From Candidatus Binatia bacterium (lineage in GTDB: Bacteria > Desulfobacterota > Binatia > UBA9968), in assembly GCA_046757725.1 (NCBI GenBank), contig JBHHYU010000001.1, positions 25,548 to 89,547 on the forward strand: 64,000 nucleotides of DNA, given 5' to 3'. Position numbers and translations under genes: made by a program. Below, in pieces: positions 50,197-61,319 of the stretch (within the stretch, counting starts at the first letter, position 1; each line of letters opens with the position of its first letter). The notes beneath the pieces were generated by a model, which saw only the letters and a list, made by a program, of their open reading frames with translations, did not search any database and was not told the origin of the DNA.

Positions 50197-52026
50197 TTAC
50201 TCTACCGTTACGCTCTTAGCGAGGTTCCGCGGTTGATCCACGTCAGTGCCCCGGTGAACAGCAATATAGTAGGCCATGAGTTGGAGTGGAATCGTAAGCA
50301 CGATGGGGGTGAGAAAATAGGAGGCCTTGGGAAGCATCAAAACCCGCCAGGACGCTTCCTCGACTGGCCCGTTGGCTTGATCGGTTAGGACCACAATCTC
50401 TCCGCCTCTCGACTCCACCTCCTTGAGGTTTCCAAGAGTTTTTTCAAAATAGCGATCCTTGGGCAAAAGAACCACCACAGGCATATTCTCTTCGATCAGG
50501 GCAATCGGTCCATGTTTCATCTCACCCGCGGGATACCCTTCGGCATGGATGTAAGAGATCTCTTTCAACTTTAGGGCCCCTTCCAGGGCGATAGGATAAT
50601 TGATCCCCCTCCCGACATAGAGAAAATCCGAAGCCCTGCTCAGCTTACGTGTCAGGTGCTTCAATTCACTCTCAAGCTTCAAGGCCTCTTCAACCCAGTG
50701 GGGGAGATGCAGGAGATCGGTCAGGAACCCTCGCGCCTTGGTTGGTTTTAACCGGTTACTGAGGCGTCCCAGGCCTATCGCCAAAAGATACAGGGCTGTG
50801 AGTTGGGTACTGAAGGCCTTCGTGCTTGCCACACTAATCTCCGGCCCGGCATGGGTGTAAAGTACGCCATCGGATTTGCGAGCCAGGGAAGAGTCTACAA
50901 CGTTGCAGATGGAGAGGATCTTAGCCTTTTTTCTCCGGGCCATATTTACTGCGGCCAGGGTGTCAGCCGTCTCTCCCGACTGGCTGACAAGCAGGAGAAG
51001 GGAATGAGAGTCGATGAGAGGGGAGCGATAACGGAACTCGGATCCGTAGTCCACCTCGGCAGGGATTTGGGCGATCTCCTCCAGCATGAACTTCCCAACG
51101 AGGGCTGCGTGCCATGCGGTGCCGCAGGCGACCAGATGAATTTTCCGTATCTGTTTGATTTCACTTCTTTTAAGAGGAATTCCCTCTAGAGAAACTTCAC
51201 CTTCCCTCAGGGAGATGCGTCCCCGGAAGGTATCGGAAAGAACCCGTGGCTGCTCATGAATTTCTTTGAGCATGAAATGGCGATATCCACTCTTTCGGGC
51301 AGCCACCGTATCCCACAGGATCTCTTTGGTAGGTCGTCTGACAGTGGCTCCTTTGCGGTCCAGAATCCGGAAGCCCTCAGCCTGCACCACGCTCATTTCA
51401 CCGTCTTCTAAAAATGTCACCTTTCTGGTGTGGTCCAGCAGTGCGGGGATATCGGAGGCGACGAAGCACTCTCCCTCCCCCGACCCGATCACGATAGGAG
51501 TCGAATTCTTGGCCACAATCAGGCGGCGGGGATCTTTTTCATAGAGGAAAACCAAGGCATAGGAACCGCGAAGTTCCTTGAGGCTCTTTTGTACCGCAGT
51601 GAGAAAATCTGTTCCCTTTTGAATCTTCTCGTTGACCAGGTGGGCAACTACTTCGGTATCCGTTTCCGACTCGAACCGGGCGCCCTTTTTTACGAGACGT
51701 TCTTTGAGTTCCACATAGTTTTCGATGATGCCGTTATGAACCACTACCACCTCCCCGGCACGGTGGGGGTGGGCGTTGGTTTCAGAGGGGCGTCCGTGAG
51801 TTGCCCAGCGCGTGTGTCCAAGCCCGACCTTTCCGTTGATCGGGCTTTGTAGCATGAGTTGGTTGAGATTTTCTAGCTTCCCTTCACAACGGCGGATAGC
51901 CACGTGGTCATTTCCCAGAACGGCTATGCCCGCCGAATCGTATCCGCGGTACTCAAGCTTTCTAAGGCTTTCCAAAATAAGTGGGGCGGCCTCTCGGCCT
52001 CCTATGTACCCGACAATGCCGCACAT
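50197..52026 (-). CDS. glmS: Glutamine--fructose-6-phosphate aminotransferase
   Basis: 609-aa ORF. MCGIVGYIG N-terminal nucleophile, two SIS domains, and C-terminal ..KSVTVE. Confidence 0.97.
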   Translation of the reverse strand: MCGIVGYIGGREAAPLILESLRKLEYRGYDSAGIAVLGNDHVAIRRCEGKLENLNQLMLQSPINGKVGLGHTRWATHGRPSETNAHPHRAGEVVVVHNGIIENYVELKERLVKKGARFESETDTEVVAHLVNEKIQKGTDFLTAVQKSLKELRGSYALVFLYEKDPRRLIVAKNSTPIVIGSGEGECFVASDIPALLDHTRKVTFLEDGEMSVVQAEGFRILDRKGATVRRPTKEILWDTVAARKSGYRHFMLKEIHEQPRVLSDTFRGRISLREGEVSLEGIPLKRSEIKQIRKIHLVACGTAWHAALVGKFMLEEIAQIPAEVDYGSEFRYRSPLIDSHSLLLLVSQSGETADTLAAVNMARRKKAKILSICNVVDSSLARKSDGVLYTHAGPEISVASTKAFSTQLTALYLLAIGLGRLSNRLKPTKARGFLTDLLHLPHWVEEALKLESELKHLTRKLSRASDFLYVGRGINYPIALEGALKLKEISYIHAEGYPAGEMKHGPIALIEENMPVVVLLPKDRYFEKTLGNLKEVESRGGEIVVLTDQANGPVEEASWRVLMLPKASYFLTPIVLTIPLQLMAYYIAVHRGTDVDQPRNLAKSVTVE

Positions 52027-53420
52027 TAGCTTTTGACGTCACCCATCTTTTGCCGCTTTTGCTCTGTCCATCCCTCTTTGATTTGTTCGTGACGTTCGTT
52101 ATAAGCCAATGCCCCGGCTGGGATATCATGGCGTAGCGTGGACGCCGTGGCCACATACACGTCGTCGCCAAGAGTAATCGGGGCAACCAGCGTGGAGTCG
52201 CTTCCGACCTGCACCCGGTCACCAATGCTGGTCCGGTATTTTTCGAAACCGTCGTAATTGCAGGTAATCGTCCCAGCGCCAATGTTAGTCTCGCTGCCGA
52301 TGGTGACGTCTCCCAGATATGTTAGGTGATTGGCCTTTGTTCCCGCGCCGATGATTGCCTCCTTAGTCTCGACAAAATTTCCAATGTGGACCCTGGATCC
52401 AAGCGAAGTCCCCGGCCGAAGGTGGGCAAAGGGCCCCACAATAGCGCCGTCCTCGATTCGGCAATCGGTCAGCACAACGGAAAACCTGAGATGTACCTCG
52501 CTACCCAAGTGGGCATTTGTCACATAGGCATTGCCATCGATTTGGCATCGTTCCCCTATGACCGTGTCACCCAGGAGATGGGTATTGGGTCCGATGATCG
52601 TATCTCTCCCGATTTCCACTTCGCCTTCGATATAGGTGGTCTGTGGGTCTTTGAGGGTTACACCCGCCTCCATCCATTTTCGGTTGATCTTCTCCTGCAA
52701 GGTCTTCTCCATCTCAGCAAGCTCCCTTCTAGTGTTGATGCCCCAGATCTCGCCCGGATCCGTTACCTGAAGCGTCGCGACATTTTTTCCACTCCTTAAG
52801 GCGGGGGCCACGATATCCGGGAGGTAGTATTCGCCCTGTTGGTTGTGGTTGGTCAATCTCTCTAAGGCAGGAAAGAGGAAAGCGGAAGAAACCGCATAGA
52901 CCCCCGCGTTCACCTCTTTGATCTGTTTTTCTTGCTCGGTAGCATCACGCTCCTCAACGATGCCGATCACCTTGGCCTTATGGTTACGTAAGATCCTCCC
53001 ATAACCAAAGGGTTGCCCTAACGAGGCAGACAGAAGCGTCAGGTCCGCATTTTGTCTTCGGTGATTTTCCAGGAGCTGTTGTAAAGTCTTTTGGGAAATC
53101 AAGGGGACGTCACCGCTGAGAATCAGGAGGTCTCCCTCGAAGTCTTGAAAGAATTCTTGAGTGCAGCGAACAGCATGGCCGGTGCCGAGTTGTTTCTCCT
53201 GGAACACCCAGCCGATCTCCTCAGAGTCACACGCCCGCCTCACTGCGTCCGCCCCATGTCCCACCACGATCGCTACTCTCTCCGGGTTGAGAGTACGTGC
53301 CGTCTGCAGGGCATACGAAAGGAGGGGTTTACCCGCCAGAGAGTGCAGAACCTTGGGCAGACTGGATCTCATCCGCTTACCTAAACCCGCCGCCAGCAAG
53401 ACCACTCCAAGATCCTTCAC
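52026..53420 (-). CDS. glmU: Bifunctional UDP-N-acetylglucosamine pyrophosphorylase / glucosamine-1-phosphate N-acetyltransferase
   Basis: 464-aa ORF. LAAGLGKRM nucleotidyltransferase motif and a C-terminal left-handed beta-helix of hexapeptide repeats. The stop overlaps the glmS ATG (TAATG). Confidence 0.95.
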   Translation of the reverse strand: MKDLGVVLLAAGLGKRMRSSLPKVLHSLAGKPLLSYALQTARTLNPERVAIVVGHGADAVRRACDSEEIGWVFQEKQLGTGHAVRCTQEFFQDFEGDLLILSGDVPLISQKTLQQLLENHRRQNADLTLLSASLGQPFGYGRILRNHKAKVIGIVEERDATEQEKQIKEVNAGVYAVSSAFLFPALERLTNHNQQGEYYLPDIVAPALRSGKNVATLQVTDPGEIWGINTRRELAEMEKTLQEKINRKWMEAGVTLKDPQTTYIEGEVEIGRDTIIGPNTHLLGDTVIGERCQIDGNAYVTNAHLGSEVHLRFSVVLTDCRIEDGAIVGPFAHLRPGTSLGSRVHIGNFVETKEAIIGAGTKANHLTYLGDVTIGSETNIGAGTITCNYDGFEKYRTSIGDRVQVGSDSTLVAPITLGDDVYVATASTLRHDIPAGALAYNERHEQIKEGWTEQKRQKMGDVKS

Positions 53421-53586
53421 TCTTAAACGCCTCCACGCAGAAGATGTTGCGAATTATAGCGTAACTCTGGTTCCAATCAAAGAGAGGCAGCGCATACCAG
53501 GATCTTGACAGATCCGAGATCGTGATTAGCTTTTTATCAGGATGTTGGCTGGCCAGACAGCAAAAAAAAGTACGGAGGTGATTAAC

Positions 53587-54072
53587 ATGAGAGAGTTGAT
53601 ACATTGGAATCCATTTCGGGAGTTAGCAAGTTGGCACACGGACATTGATGATCTCTTTAGCGGGGGTTTTCCGTCTCCCGTAACCAAAAGGGGGGCGGAG
53701 CCTCTGGGGGCAGAGTGGCTGCCTGCGGTGGAGACCTTCTCAAAGGATGGGAAACAAATCCTTCGGCTGGACCTGCCGGGCGTAGAGCCTAAAGATGTCG
53801 AGGTAGCTATGGTGGATGACACCCTTATCATAAAAGGGGAACGAAAAAGCTCCGACGAGGTGAAAGAAAAAGACTATCACTACAGGGAAACCTCATATGG
53901 GCGATTCGAGAGAAGGCTTGCGCTTCCCAACGGAGTCGATGGGAACAAGGTGCAGGCGGCTTACAAGAACGGAGTGCTTGAGATCTCAATTCGGCTCCCG
54001 GCGAAGTTAACTCGCCAGTCGATACCGATCCAGACGGATGAGAACCGGTCGGACAAATTATCGGCTGCCTGA
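53587..54072 (+). CDS. Hsp20/alpha-crystallin family small heat-shock protein
   Basis: Alpha-crystallin domain (PAVETFSKDGKQILRLDLPGVEPKDVEV...AYKNGVLEISIRLP). ATG 53587 with a GGAGGTG SD is preferred to the track start 53542. Confidence 0.88.
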   Translation: MRELIHWNPFRELASWHTDIDDLFSGGFPSPVTKRGAEPLGAEWLPAVETFSKDGKQILRLDLPGVEPKDVEVAMVDDTLIIKGERKSSDEVKEKDYHYRETSYGRFERRLALPNGVDGNKVQAAYKNGVLEISIRLPAKLTRQSIPIQTDENRSDKLSAA

Positions 54073-54097
54073 GCACATGCCGTGCGCCTGTTACGAC

Positions 54098-54133
54098 AAA
54101 GAGCCCTCCTATCTAAGGAGGGCTCTTTGTTTG
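54098..54133 (+). terminator. Rho-independent terminator after hsp20
   Basis: Perfect 12-bp stem AAAGAGCCCTCC / GGAGGGCTCTTT, a 7-nt loop, followed by GTTTG. Confidence 0.8.
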
Positions 54134-54324
54134 TCCACCCGCCGGATAAGGCGGACGGGAGTGCCCATGGAGTTTGATTAACCCTCTTCGAGTCCGAATA
54201 GCTACTTCGAGTTTTTGTAATAAATCTTGCCTTTGTTTTCCTTATATAGTTCCAGTTCCTCTCTAACCTCGAGGGTCGGAAGATAAAACTGATCGTCTTT
54301 CCTTTCACGTCCGTGGGTATAGTC

Positions 54325-54641
54325 TTATGGTCTAGGCCGAATCGTACGTGATTCGGCCTTACGGTATCGCACGCCATCTTTATGGCTGAGGGTCCTGACC
54401 GGGTTCCCCGTGTTGCAAAATACCTTCTCGAAATAATCTTCAGGTCGATGCTTGCGCTTCAAATTGCCTTTCCAGCAGTTCAGATGGTCAAGGCGATTGA
54501 GGATCATGCCACCAAGGTGGGGTCCAATGAGCGGGAGGTTTGGACAGAAGCAAAGATTCCACTGCTTACACTCCCTTGCATGAGAGCACGCCGAGATTGA
54601 CGTTGTAGTGAAAAGCCATGAGAATGGGTATCGATAATCAT
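54325..54641 (-). pseudogene. Possible collapsed amidohydrolase-2/TatD-like gene remnant (weak)
   Basis: The minus strand reads MIIDTHSHGFS..., a typical metal-dependent hydrolase N-terminus, and stops after 45 aa. An overlapping frame ends ..PEDYFEKVFCNTGNPVRTL, reminiscent of the ..kIl.gNA.rl C-terminus. The middle of the gene is missing. Pattern recognition only. Confidence 0.25.
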
Positions 54642-54761
54642 CGTTCTTGTTCTAGGCGAAAAAAGATTCGTGCCCGCTCTATTTACTGTATGCCTGTTTT
54701 ACAGTTAGGAAGACAGGTTCGAAAGGCAATCAGCCGGAAGCGCAGGATTCTAAAAGACGGA

Positions 54762-54798
54762 TTGACATTTCATCGAAACATATTTATATTTCGATGAA
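54762..54798 (+). promoter_or_regulatory. Promoter (TTGACA-17-TATATT) overlapped by a 30-bp palindromic operator candidate, upstream of the sahR-like-metH pair
   Basis: -35 TTGACA at 54762-54767 and -10 TATATT at 54785-54790. Inverted repeat TTCATCGAAA (54769-54778) / TTTCGATGAA (54789-54798), with partially palindromic bases between, spans the spacer and the -10. Confidence 0.5.
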
Positions 54799-54809
54799 TA
54801 AGGCTGGAT

Positions 54810-55796
54810 ATGGATTTCGTTCGTACAATCAAGGCCGTGTGTGACCCTATGAGGCTTCGCGTACTGGCGGCCGTAGCCAAAGAAGAGTTGACCGTGGGGG
54901 AAGTCCAGGAAATTGTCGAGTCGGTTCAGTCCTCGGTGTCGCGCAATCTAGCGATCCTCCGGGATGCTGGCTTTGTTCAAGACCGGAAGGAGGGCACCAG
55001 CGTCTATTTCGCACTGCGCCAGGACATGCCCCAGCAAGCCCGGGAGCTGTTTCACTCGCTGACACCCCGCTTTGCCGAGCTGCCGGAAGCTAAGGAAGAC
55101 CAGGTGCGCCTGGGTCAGTGTCGTCGCCGGCGCGTCCACCGCTCGCGTAACTATTTCGAGGAGATAGCCGGGGACTGGGAGCGGATCCGGAGAAGCTATT
55201 TTGATGACCGGGTAACCTCTTTGGCGATCGAGAAGTTGCTCCCCTCCGATCTGATCCTGGCGGATGTGGGATGTGGAACAGGAAGCCTGACTTTTGAGCT
55301 GTCCCGTATTGCAAAAAAGGTGATTGCCATAGACCTCTCTCGGGAGATGATCCGCTACGCAGGCCGTGCGGCGAAGGGAAAGAGGATATCTAACGTTGAG
55401 TTTCGTCTCGGGGACGCAGAGGATCTCCCGGTGGAAGCTGAATGCGTCGATGCTGCCTTTTGTTTGATGGTACTGCACTTTTTAAAGGATCCTGCTCGTG
55501 CCATTGCGGAACTTTGCCGTATCACCCGTCCCGGAGGTTCCCTTATTCTTTTGGACCTGGTGCCGCATAGGCAGGAGTGGATGAGGGGGGAGATGGCGCA
55601 CCGCTGGTTGGGGTTTAAGAGGTCCTCCGTTGAAAAATGGCTTCGAGCCGGAGGCGTATCTCAGGTGGAATACGAACTCACGGGCGCCTACGCCGGGGAA
55701 AAGGTGAACAGGAATGGAAATCATCCAGTAGAGATCTTTGTTGCGCGAGGCTGTTTGCCCGGAAGACATAGACCTCGCCGTGTCAGGAAGGCATAG
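54810..55796 (+). CDS. ArsR-family wHTH fused to a SAM-dependent methyltransferase-like domain (SahR-like regulator)
   Basis: 328-aa ORF. N-terminal ArsR HTH ([41 protein letters not shown]) and a class I methyltransferase motif I ([11 protein letters not shown]). Ends 2 nt before metH. Confidence 0.75.
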   Translation: MDFVRTIKAVCDPMRLRVLAAVAKEELTVGEVQEIVESVQSSVSRNLAILRDAGFVQDRKEGTSVYFALRQDMPQQARELFHSLTPRFAELPEAKEDQVRLGQCRRRRVHRSRNYFEEIAGDWERIRRSYFDDRVTSLAIEKLLPSDLILADVGCGTGSLTFELSRIAKKVIAIDLSREMIRYAGRAAKGKRISNVEFRLGDAEDLPVEAECVDAAFCLMVLHFLKDPARAIAELCRITRPGGSLILLDLVPHRQEWMRGEMAHRWLGFKRSSVEKWLRAGGVSQVEYELTGAYAGEKVNRNGNHPVEIFVARGCLPGRHRPRRVRKA

Positions 55797-55798
55797 CG

Positions 55799-58700
55799 AT
55801 GAGTGAAACTGAAAAGCGATTTAAAAAACTTCTGTCCGAGAGAATCCTTCTTTTCGACGGTGCCATGGGGACCATGATCCAGGGCTTTAAATTTGAGGAA
55901 GAGGATTTTCGGGGGCAGAGGTTTGCCAATCACAGTCGGCCTCTGAAAGGCTGCAACGACCTGCTCTCGCTTACCCAGCCCGAGGCCATAGAAAAGATTC
56001 ACCGGGATTACCTGGAGGCAGGGGCCGACATCGTGGAGACCAACACCTTTAACGCCAACGCCATATCTCTTTCAGATTACGGCCTCGAGGGGGAGGTCAC
56101 TGCCATCAACGCTGCCGCAGCAAGGATTGCGCGTCGCGCGGCAGACAGGGTTAATCATCGGAAGACCGACAGACCACGTTTTGTTGCAGGCTCCATTGGC
56201 CCCACCAATCGAACGGCTTCGCTCTCACCGGAGGTCAACAATCCGGCCTATCGGGCAGTAACCTTCGAGCAGCTGGTACGGGCTTATTACGATCAGGGTT
56301 GCGGGCTTTTAGACGGTGGAGTGGATCTGCTGCTGTCCGAAACGACCTTCGATACCCTCAACTTGAAAGCCTGTCTCTTTGCCATTGCAAGCCTGTTTGA
56401 GAAGCGTGCCATCTGCCTCCCGGTCCTCGTGTCTGTTACCATTACGGACCGAAGCGGGCGCACCCTCTCTGGTCAGACCCTGGAGGCGTTCCTTGCCTCA
56501 ATCTCCCATGCAGATCTTACAGCTGTCGGCATTAACTGCGCTTTCGGACCCGATCAGATGGCGCCTTTCGTAGAAGAGCTGTCGCGCCTGTCACCGCTCC
56601 CCACCTTTTCTTACCCCAATGCCGGTTTACCCAACGAGTTTGGTGGGTACGATTTAGGGCCAAGTGAACTGGCCAAGGCCGTGGGAGAATGGGCGAGAGA
56701 GGGATGGGTCAATCTGGTCGGTGGGTGTTGCGGCACGACGCCTGAACATATCGCCGCCCTGGCTGCTGCAGTAGACGGCGTTCAGCCTCATATTCCTCCT
56801 GTACCAGACCGATTCACTCAGTTGAGCGGTCTCGAAAGGCTTACGATCCGCCCGGACTCCAACTTCATAATGATCGGTGAGCGCACTAATGTCGCCGGGT
56901 CGCGAAGATTCGCGAGGCTGATTCGCGAAGAGAAATATGAGGAGGCTGTGTCGGTTGCCAGGGAACAGGTGCTGGCTGGGGCGAATATGATCGATGTGAA
57001 TGTGGACGAAGGAATGCTGGATTCGGTACAGGCCATGACCATGTTTTTAAATCACGTTGCGGCTGAGCCCGATATCGCCCGTGTGCCCGTCATGGTGGAC
57101 AGCTCAAATTTTGATGTCATCGAGGCGGGGCTCAAGTGCATCCAGGGGAAGGCCGTTGTTAACTCCCTCTCCCTCAAGGAAGGGGAGGAAGAGTTCAAGC
57201 GCCGCGCACGACTCGTCAAGCGTTACGGTGCTGCGGTGGTGGTCATGGCCTTTGACGAGGAGAAACAGGCTACCACGGTCGAGCATCGCGTGAGAGTTTG
57301 TAAGCGAGCCCACAGGATTCTCACGGAGGAGGTCGGCTTTGATGAAGGCGACATTATCTTCGATACCAACATTCTCATCGTGGCTACGGGGATAGAGGAG
57401 CACAACGACTACGCCATCAACTTTATTGAAGCGGCACGGCAAATCAAGGAACTCTTCCCGCGCTGCCACATCTCCGGAGGCGTCAGTAACGTTTCGTTTT
57501 CATTTCGTGGCAACGACGTGATCCGTGAGGCTATCAACGCATCTTTTCTCTACCATGCGATCCAGGCGGGCATGGACATGGGTATTGTGAATGCCGGTCA
57601 ACTCGCGGTGTACGAGGAGATCCCTGCAGACCTTCTGGTACGCATTGAGGATGTCCTCTTTAATCGTCGGCCCGATGCCACCGAACGCTTGTTGGAGATT
57701 GCTGAGCAGTTCAGGGGGACCCGAGAGGTTTCGGAAAACGAGGACGCATGGCGGAGACAGGGGGTGGAACATCGACTCTCCCACGGGTTGATCAAGGGGA
57801 TTGCAGATTTTATCGAGCAGGACATCGAAGAGGCTCTCACCAAATACGATCGCCCACTCCACATCATCGAAGGCCCGCTGATGGCCGGGATGAAGGTCGT
57901 TGGAGATCTGTTCGGTGAGGGAAAGATGTTTCTTCCGCAGGTAGTCAAGAGCGCACGTGTGATGAAGAAGGCTGTGGCGCTGCTCACCCCCCTTATGGAG
58001 GCAGAGAAACAGAAGGCCGGACCATCGCGACACCGCACTAAGCTGGTATTTGCGACCGTGAAGGGGGATGTGCACGACATCGGAAAGAATATCGTGGGCG
58101 TGGTGCTTGGGTGTAATAACTATAAGGTGATTGATCTGGGAGTTATGGTTCCAGCAGACAGAATTATCGAGGCAGCCATCGATGAACGGGCAGACATCAT
58201 CGGCCTTAGCGGTCTGATTACGCCTTCTCTGGATGAGATGATCCATGTGGCCAAAGAGATGGACCGTCGCGGTCTTGATTTGCCCCTCCTTATCGGCGGC
58301 GCTACTACGAGTAAAAGGCACACGGCGGTGAAAATTGCCCCCAATTACCGACATGAAGTCATCCACGTTATCGATGCCTCCCGTGCTGTTCCCGTGGCAG
58401 GTAGCCTGAGCCGTCCCGCTACTCGAAAGGCCTTGGATAAGAGAAATCGGGTCGAGCAGCAGGAAATGCGTGAGCAGTATAAGAACAAAGGGACAGCCCA
58501 GTTGTTGACCTACGAGGAGGCCCTGCGAAGAAAATTACACGTCCAGTGGAATAAATCCCAGATCTGCGTGCCGGCATTCACCGGACGCAGGGTTCTCTCG
58601 GGTTTTCCGCTATCGGAGCTTGTAGCGTACATTGACTGGTCTCCTTTTTTCCACACATGGGAAATAAGGGGCCGGTATCCTGAGTTGTTGGATGATCCGC

Positions 58701-59503
58701 GCACGGGTCAGGCCGCTAGAGAGCTATTTGGTAATGCCCAGGAGCTTTTGAAAGACATCGTCGAAAAACAAATGCTGGTGGCTCACGCTGTCTATGGGTT
58801 TTTCCCGGCGAATAGTGAAGGAGAGGACATTGTCCTCTATGCGGATGCGTCGCGCAGCCAGGATTTGACCCGTTTTCATACGCTGCGCCAGCAGAAAGAG
58901 AGTCAGCGGGGAAGGCCTCAGTTCGCCCTCGCCGATTTTGTTGCCCCGCGTGAGACCGGCCTTGCGGATTACCTCGGTGTTTTTGCCGTGACCGCAGGTC
59001 ATGGGGTCCAGGAGCTATCTCAGCGTTTTGAGGCGGAGCATGATGCGTATAACTCCATCATGGTCAAAGCCTTAGCCGACCGCTTAGCCGAGGCGTTTGC
59101 CGAGTATCTCCACAGGCGGGTACGTGGTGAATGGGGTTACGGCAAGGAGGAAAGGTTAAGCAACGAGGATCTCATCGCTGAACGTTACCGGGGTATTCGC
59201 CCGGCGCCGGGGTATCCCGCATGTCCTGATCATACTGAGAAAGCGACTCTCTTTAATCTGCTTGGCGTCGAACAAGCGACCGGGATCACCCTTACGGAAA
59301 ACTTTGCCATGTTCCCTGCCGCCTCGGTATGTGGACTCTATTTCGCTCATAAGGAATCGCGCTATTTCGCTGTGAGTGCGATCGGAAGAGACCAGGTGGA
59401 AGCCTACGCCGCTCGAAAACGAATGACGATATCCGAGGTGGAGCGGTGGCTCTCTCCGCTATTGAGTTACGAGTTGGGGCGGAATTCAAGCGAGACTCAG
59501 TAG
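55799..59503 (+). CDS. metH: Cobalamin-dependent methionine synthase
   Basis: 1234-aa ORF with Hcy-binding, pterin-binding, B12-binding ([10 protein letters not shown]) and AdoMet-activation domains in the canonical order. Confidence 0.97.
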   Translation: MSETEKRFKKLLSERILLFDGAMGTMIQGFKFEEEDFRGQRFANHSRPLKGCNDLLSLTQPEAIEKIHRDYLEAGADIVETNTFNANAISLSDYGLEGEVTAINAAAARIARRAADRVNHRKTDRPRFVAGSIGPTNRTASLSPEVNNPAYRAVTFEQLVRAYYDQGCGLLDGGVDLLLSETTFDTLNLKACLFAIASLFEKRAICLPVLVSVTITDRSGRTLSGQTLEAFLASISHADLTAVGINCAFGPDQMAPFVEELSRLSPLPTFSYPNAGLPNEFGGYDLGPSELAKAVGEWAREGWVNLVGGCCGTTPEHIAALAAAVDGVQPHIPPVPDRFTQLSGLERLTIRPDSNFIMIGERTNVAGSRRFARLIREEKYEEAVSVAREQVLAGANMIDVNVDEGMLDSVQAMTMFLNHVAAEPDIARVPVMVDSSNFDVIEAGLKCIQGKAVVNSLSLKEGEEEFKRRARLVKRYGAAVVVMAFDEEKQATTVEHRVRVCKRAHRILTEEVGFDEGDIIFDTNILIVATGIEEHNDYAINFIEAARQIKELFPRCHISGGVSNVSFSFRGNDVIREAINASFLYHAIQAGMDMGIVNAGQLAVYEEIPADLLVRIEDVLFNRRPDATERLLEIAEQFRGTREVSENEDAWRRQGVEHRLSHGLIKGIADFIEQDIEEALTKYDRPLHIIEGPLMAGMKVVGDLFGEGKMFLPQVVKSARVMKKAVALLTPLMEAEKQKAGPSRHRTKLVFATVKGDVHDIGKNIVGVVLGCNNYKVIDLGVMVPADRIIEAAIDERADIIGLSGLITPSLDEMIHVAKEMDRRGLDLPLLIGGATTSKRHTAVKIAPNYRHEVIHVIDASRAVPVAGSLSRPATRKALDKRNRVEQQEMREQYKNKGTAQLLTYEEALRRKLHVQWNKSQICVPAFTGRRVLSGFPLSELVAYIDWSPFFHTWEIRGRYPELLDDPRTGQAARELFGNAQELLKDIVEKQMLVAHAVYGFFPANSEGEDIVLYADASRSQDLTRFHTLRQQKESQRGRPQFALADFVAPRETGLADYLGVFAVTAGHGVQELSQRFEAEHDAYNSIMVKALADRLAEAFAEYLHRRVRGEWGYGKEERLSNEDLIAERYRGIRPAPGYPACPDHTEKATLFNLLGVEQATGITLTENFAMFPAASVCGLYFAHKESRYFAVSAIGRDQVEAYAARKRMTISEVERWLSPLLSYELGRNSSETQ

Positions 59504-59603
59504 ACCCATTGACCACGAGAGGTCCCTGTTGCCCGCTCCTAGGGCCCGCTTCTGTTAGGTCCCACGACTTCCTAGGCGGAAGGATTCGTATCCATACGCA
59601 AGC

Positions 59604-61061
59604 TCATGCAATTTGCCGTTGTAGCTCACAGGTGGTCTGGATTAGGTCTGCCAAAAACTTGTCGCTCCACGTTTGAGCGGTATAGGTGCGCACGCGGCGG
59701 TTCAAGGCGCCCCAACGCACCTCGCGCTCACGGAGCGGCATTTCCAGTGCCTGTTTAAGGGTGTTTGCGGTTCCTTTCGTATCATAAGGGTTGATGATCA
59801 TGGCCTCTCGCAAATTTTCAGCCGCACCACAGAATCGTGACAAAACCAGGACGCCAGGGTTCTCGACCTGTGAGGCAATGTATTCCTTCGCGACCAGGTT
59901 CATTCCATCGCGCAAGGGGGTGACCAGGCACACATCGGCCTCGCGGTAAAAGGCGCAGAGCTCTTTCTGACTGTACGAGTGATACAGGTGGTGAATAGGA
60001 ATCCAGTCACCGCTGGAAAAACGACGATTGATTCGTTTGACAAGCTGGTCCACCTCGCCTTTCGTGGCTTTATACTCGGGGACGTTCGTCCGTGATGGGG
60101 CGGAAATCTGAATCATAGAAACGCGCCTGTGCCAAGAAGGGGAGCATTCCAGGAGTTTTTCAAAGGCGGCTAGGCGGTGAGTAATCCCTTTAGTATAATC
60201 CAAGCGGTCGACTCCGAGGACGATGCGCTCGGCTCCAGCCAACCGGCGGAGGCGGTCTCTGTAACGAATTGCCTCCAAGCCATGCGCCCAGCCTGTGAAC
60301 AATTCCGGTTCCGTTCCTACGGGATAAACACCGACACGGAAGGATGAGGTTCGCCGACGGTAAGTGTCGCCATCCAAAATCCTACCTCTCTCTGTATCCA
60401 AGGCGTCCACGAAATTGAGAGAGTACTGTTCAGTGTGAAAACCCAAGAGGTCGTAAGCCATCAAGTTTTTTAGAAAAGCTTGGGACCAGGGAAGGGCCGT
60501 GAAGGTATCTACCGAAGGGAACGGAATGTGGAGGAAAAATCCCAGATGCCCGGTCCAACCAAGTTGACGCAGCCCGGCTCCGAGAGGGATTAAATGGTAG
60601 TCATGGACCCAGACAAGGTCTCCATGACGCAGAAGTGGAAAAAGAGAAGATGCAAAACGGTGATTGACTTGTAAATAAGTGCTGTAGGCGTTGCGACTTA
60701 AGCTCACATAGTGCGTAAATCCGTGAAAGAGTGGCCATAGGGTACGGTTGGAAAATTCTCTATAAAACTCGTTCACTTCGTTTTTTGTAAGATCGATCGT
60801 CGCAAGGTCCATCGACCCCAGGCGACGAATCTTGGGTCTCATGGGTGCACGGTAAAGAGTGGCTTCACCACTCCAGCCGAACCAGAGTCCGCTGCGTTTC
60901 TTGAGAGCCGACCGAAGGGCGCTGACCAGCCCACCGGCAGGTCGCATATTTGCATTCTCTGATGATCTGGACCCCGGATAACCTGGGACTCGGTTTGAAA
61001 CAACTACCAGGCGTCCATTTGAATGACCAGGTTTTGGGAATGGTGCTACTGCGATCGCCAT
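59604..61061 (-). CDS. otsA: Alpha,alpha-trehalose-phosphate synthase (GT20)
   Basis: [38 protein letters not shown] 61061 is preferred over the track TTG 61088. Confidence 0.88.
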   Translation of the reverse strand: MAIAVAPFPKPGHSNGRLVVVSNRVPGYPGSRSSENANMRPAGGLVSALRSALKKRSGLWFGWSGEATLYRAPMRPKIRRLGSMDLATIDLTKNEVNEFYREFSNRTLWPLFHGFTHYVSLSRNAYSTYLQVNHRFASSLFPLLRHGDLVWVHDYHLIPLGAGLRQLGWTGHLGFFLHIPFPSVDTFTALPWSQAFLKNLMAYDLLGFHTEQYSLNFVDALDTERGRILDGDTYRRRTSSFRVGVYPVGTEPELFTGWAHGLEAIRYRDRLRRLAGAERIVLGVDRLDYTKGITHRLAAFEKLLECSPSWHRRVSMIQISAPSRTNVPEYKATKGEVDQLVKRINRRFSSGDWIPIHHLYHSYSQKELCAFYREADVCLVTPLRDGMNLVAKEYIASQVENPGVLVLSRFCGAAENLREAMIINPYDTKGTANTLKQALEMPLREREVRWGALNRRVRTYTAQTWSDKFLADLIQTTCELQRQIA

Positions 61062-61319
61062 TTTTTTACCGAGAAACCGGTAAAGCAAAGCCGAGATAAG
61101 GACAAAAAACGCTATTGACGATTTATGAAAAAGAGCAAGGAATGTGCCAAGTGCGAGGAGCCGGAAGGGTATTCAAAAACTAAGAAATTCTCCGGTAGAG
61201 AATAGCTCTTTTTCCGAGATCTAAGAAAAAAGCATTTTAGCTTTGCAAACCTGCAAAAGAAACGTTTTCAAATCCATTTCAAGCACAAATGCCTCGACAG
61301 TCTTCTTAGTTGTAAGCCT

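Noticed and set aside
52027-52200. Looked for a glmS ribozyme upstream of glmS
   Set aside because: The glmS start overlaps the glmU stop (TAATG), so there is no leader and no ribozyme core sequence.
53961-54377. 138-aa minus-strand ORF
   Set aside because: It overlaps the hsp20 3' end and its terminator hairpin, and has no motifs.
57500-58366. 288-aa ORF antisense to metH (also 57104..57469 and 57598..58080)
   Set aside because: It is entirely inside and antisense to a strongly supported metH, with no recognisable motifs. It is a typical long antisense frame of a GC-rich gene.
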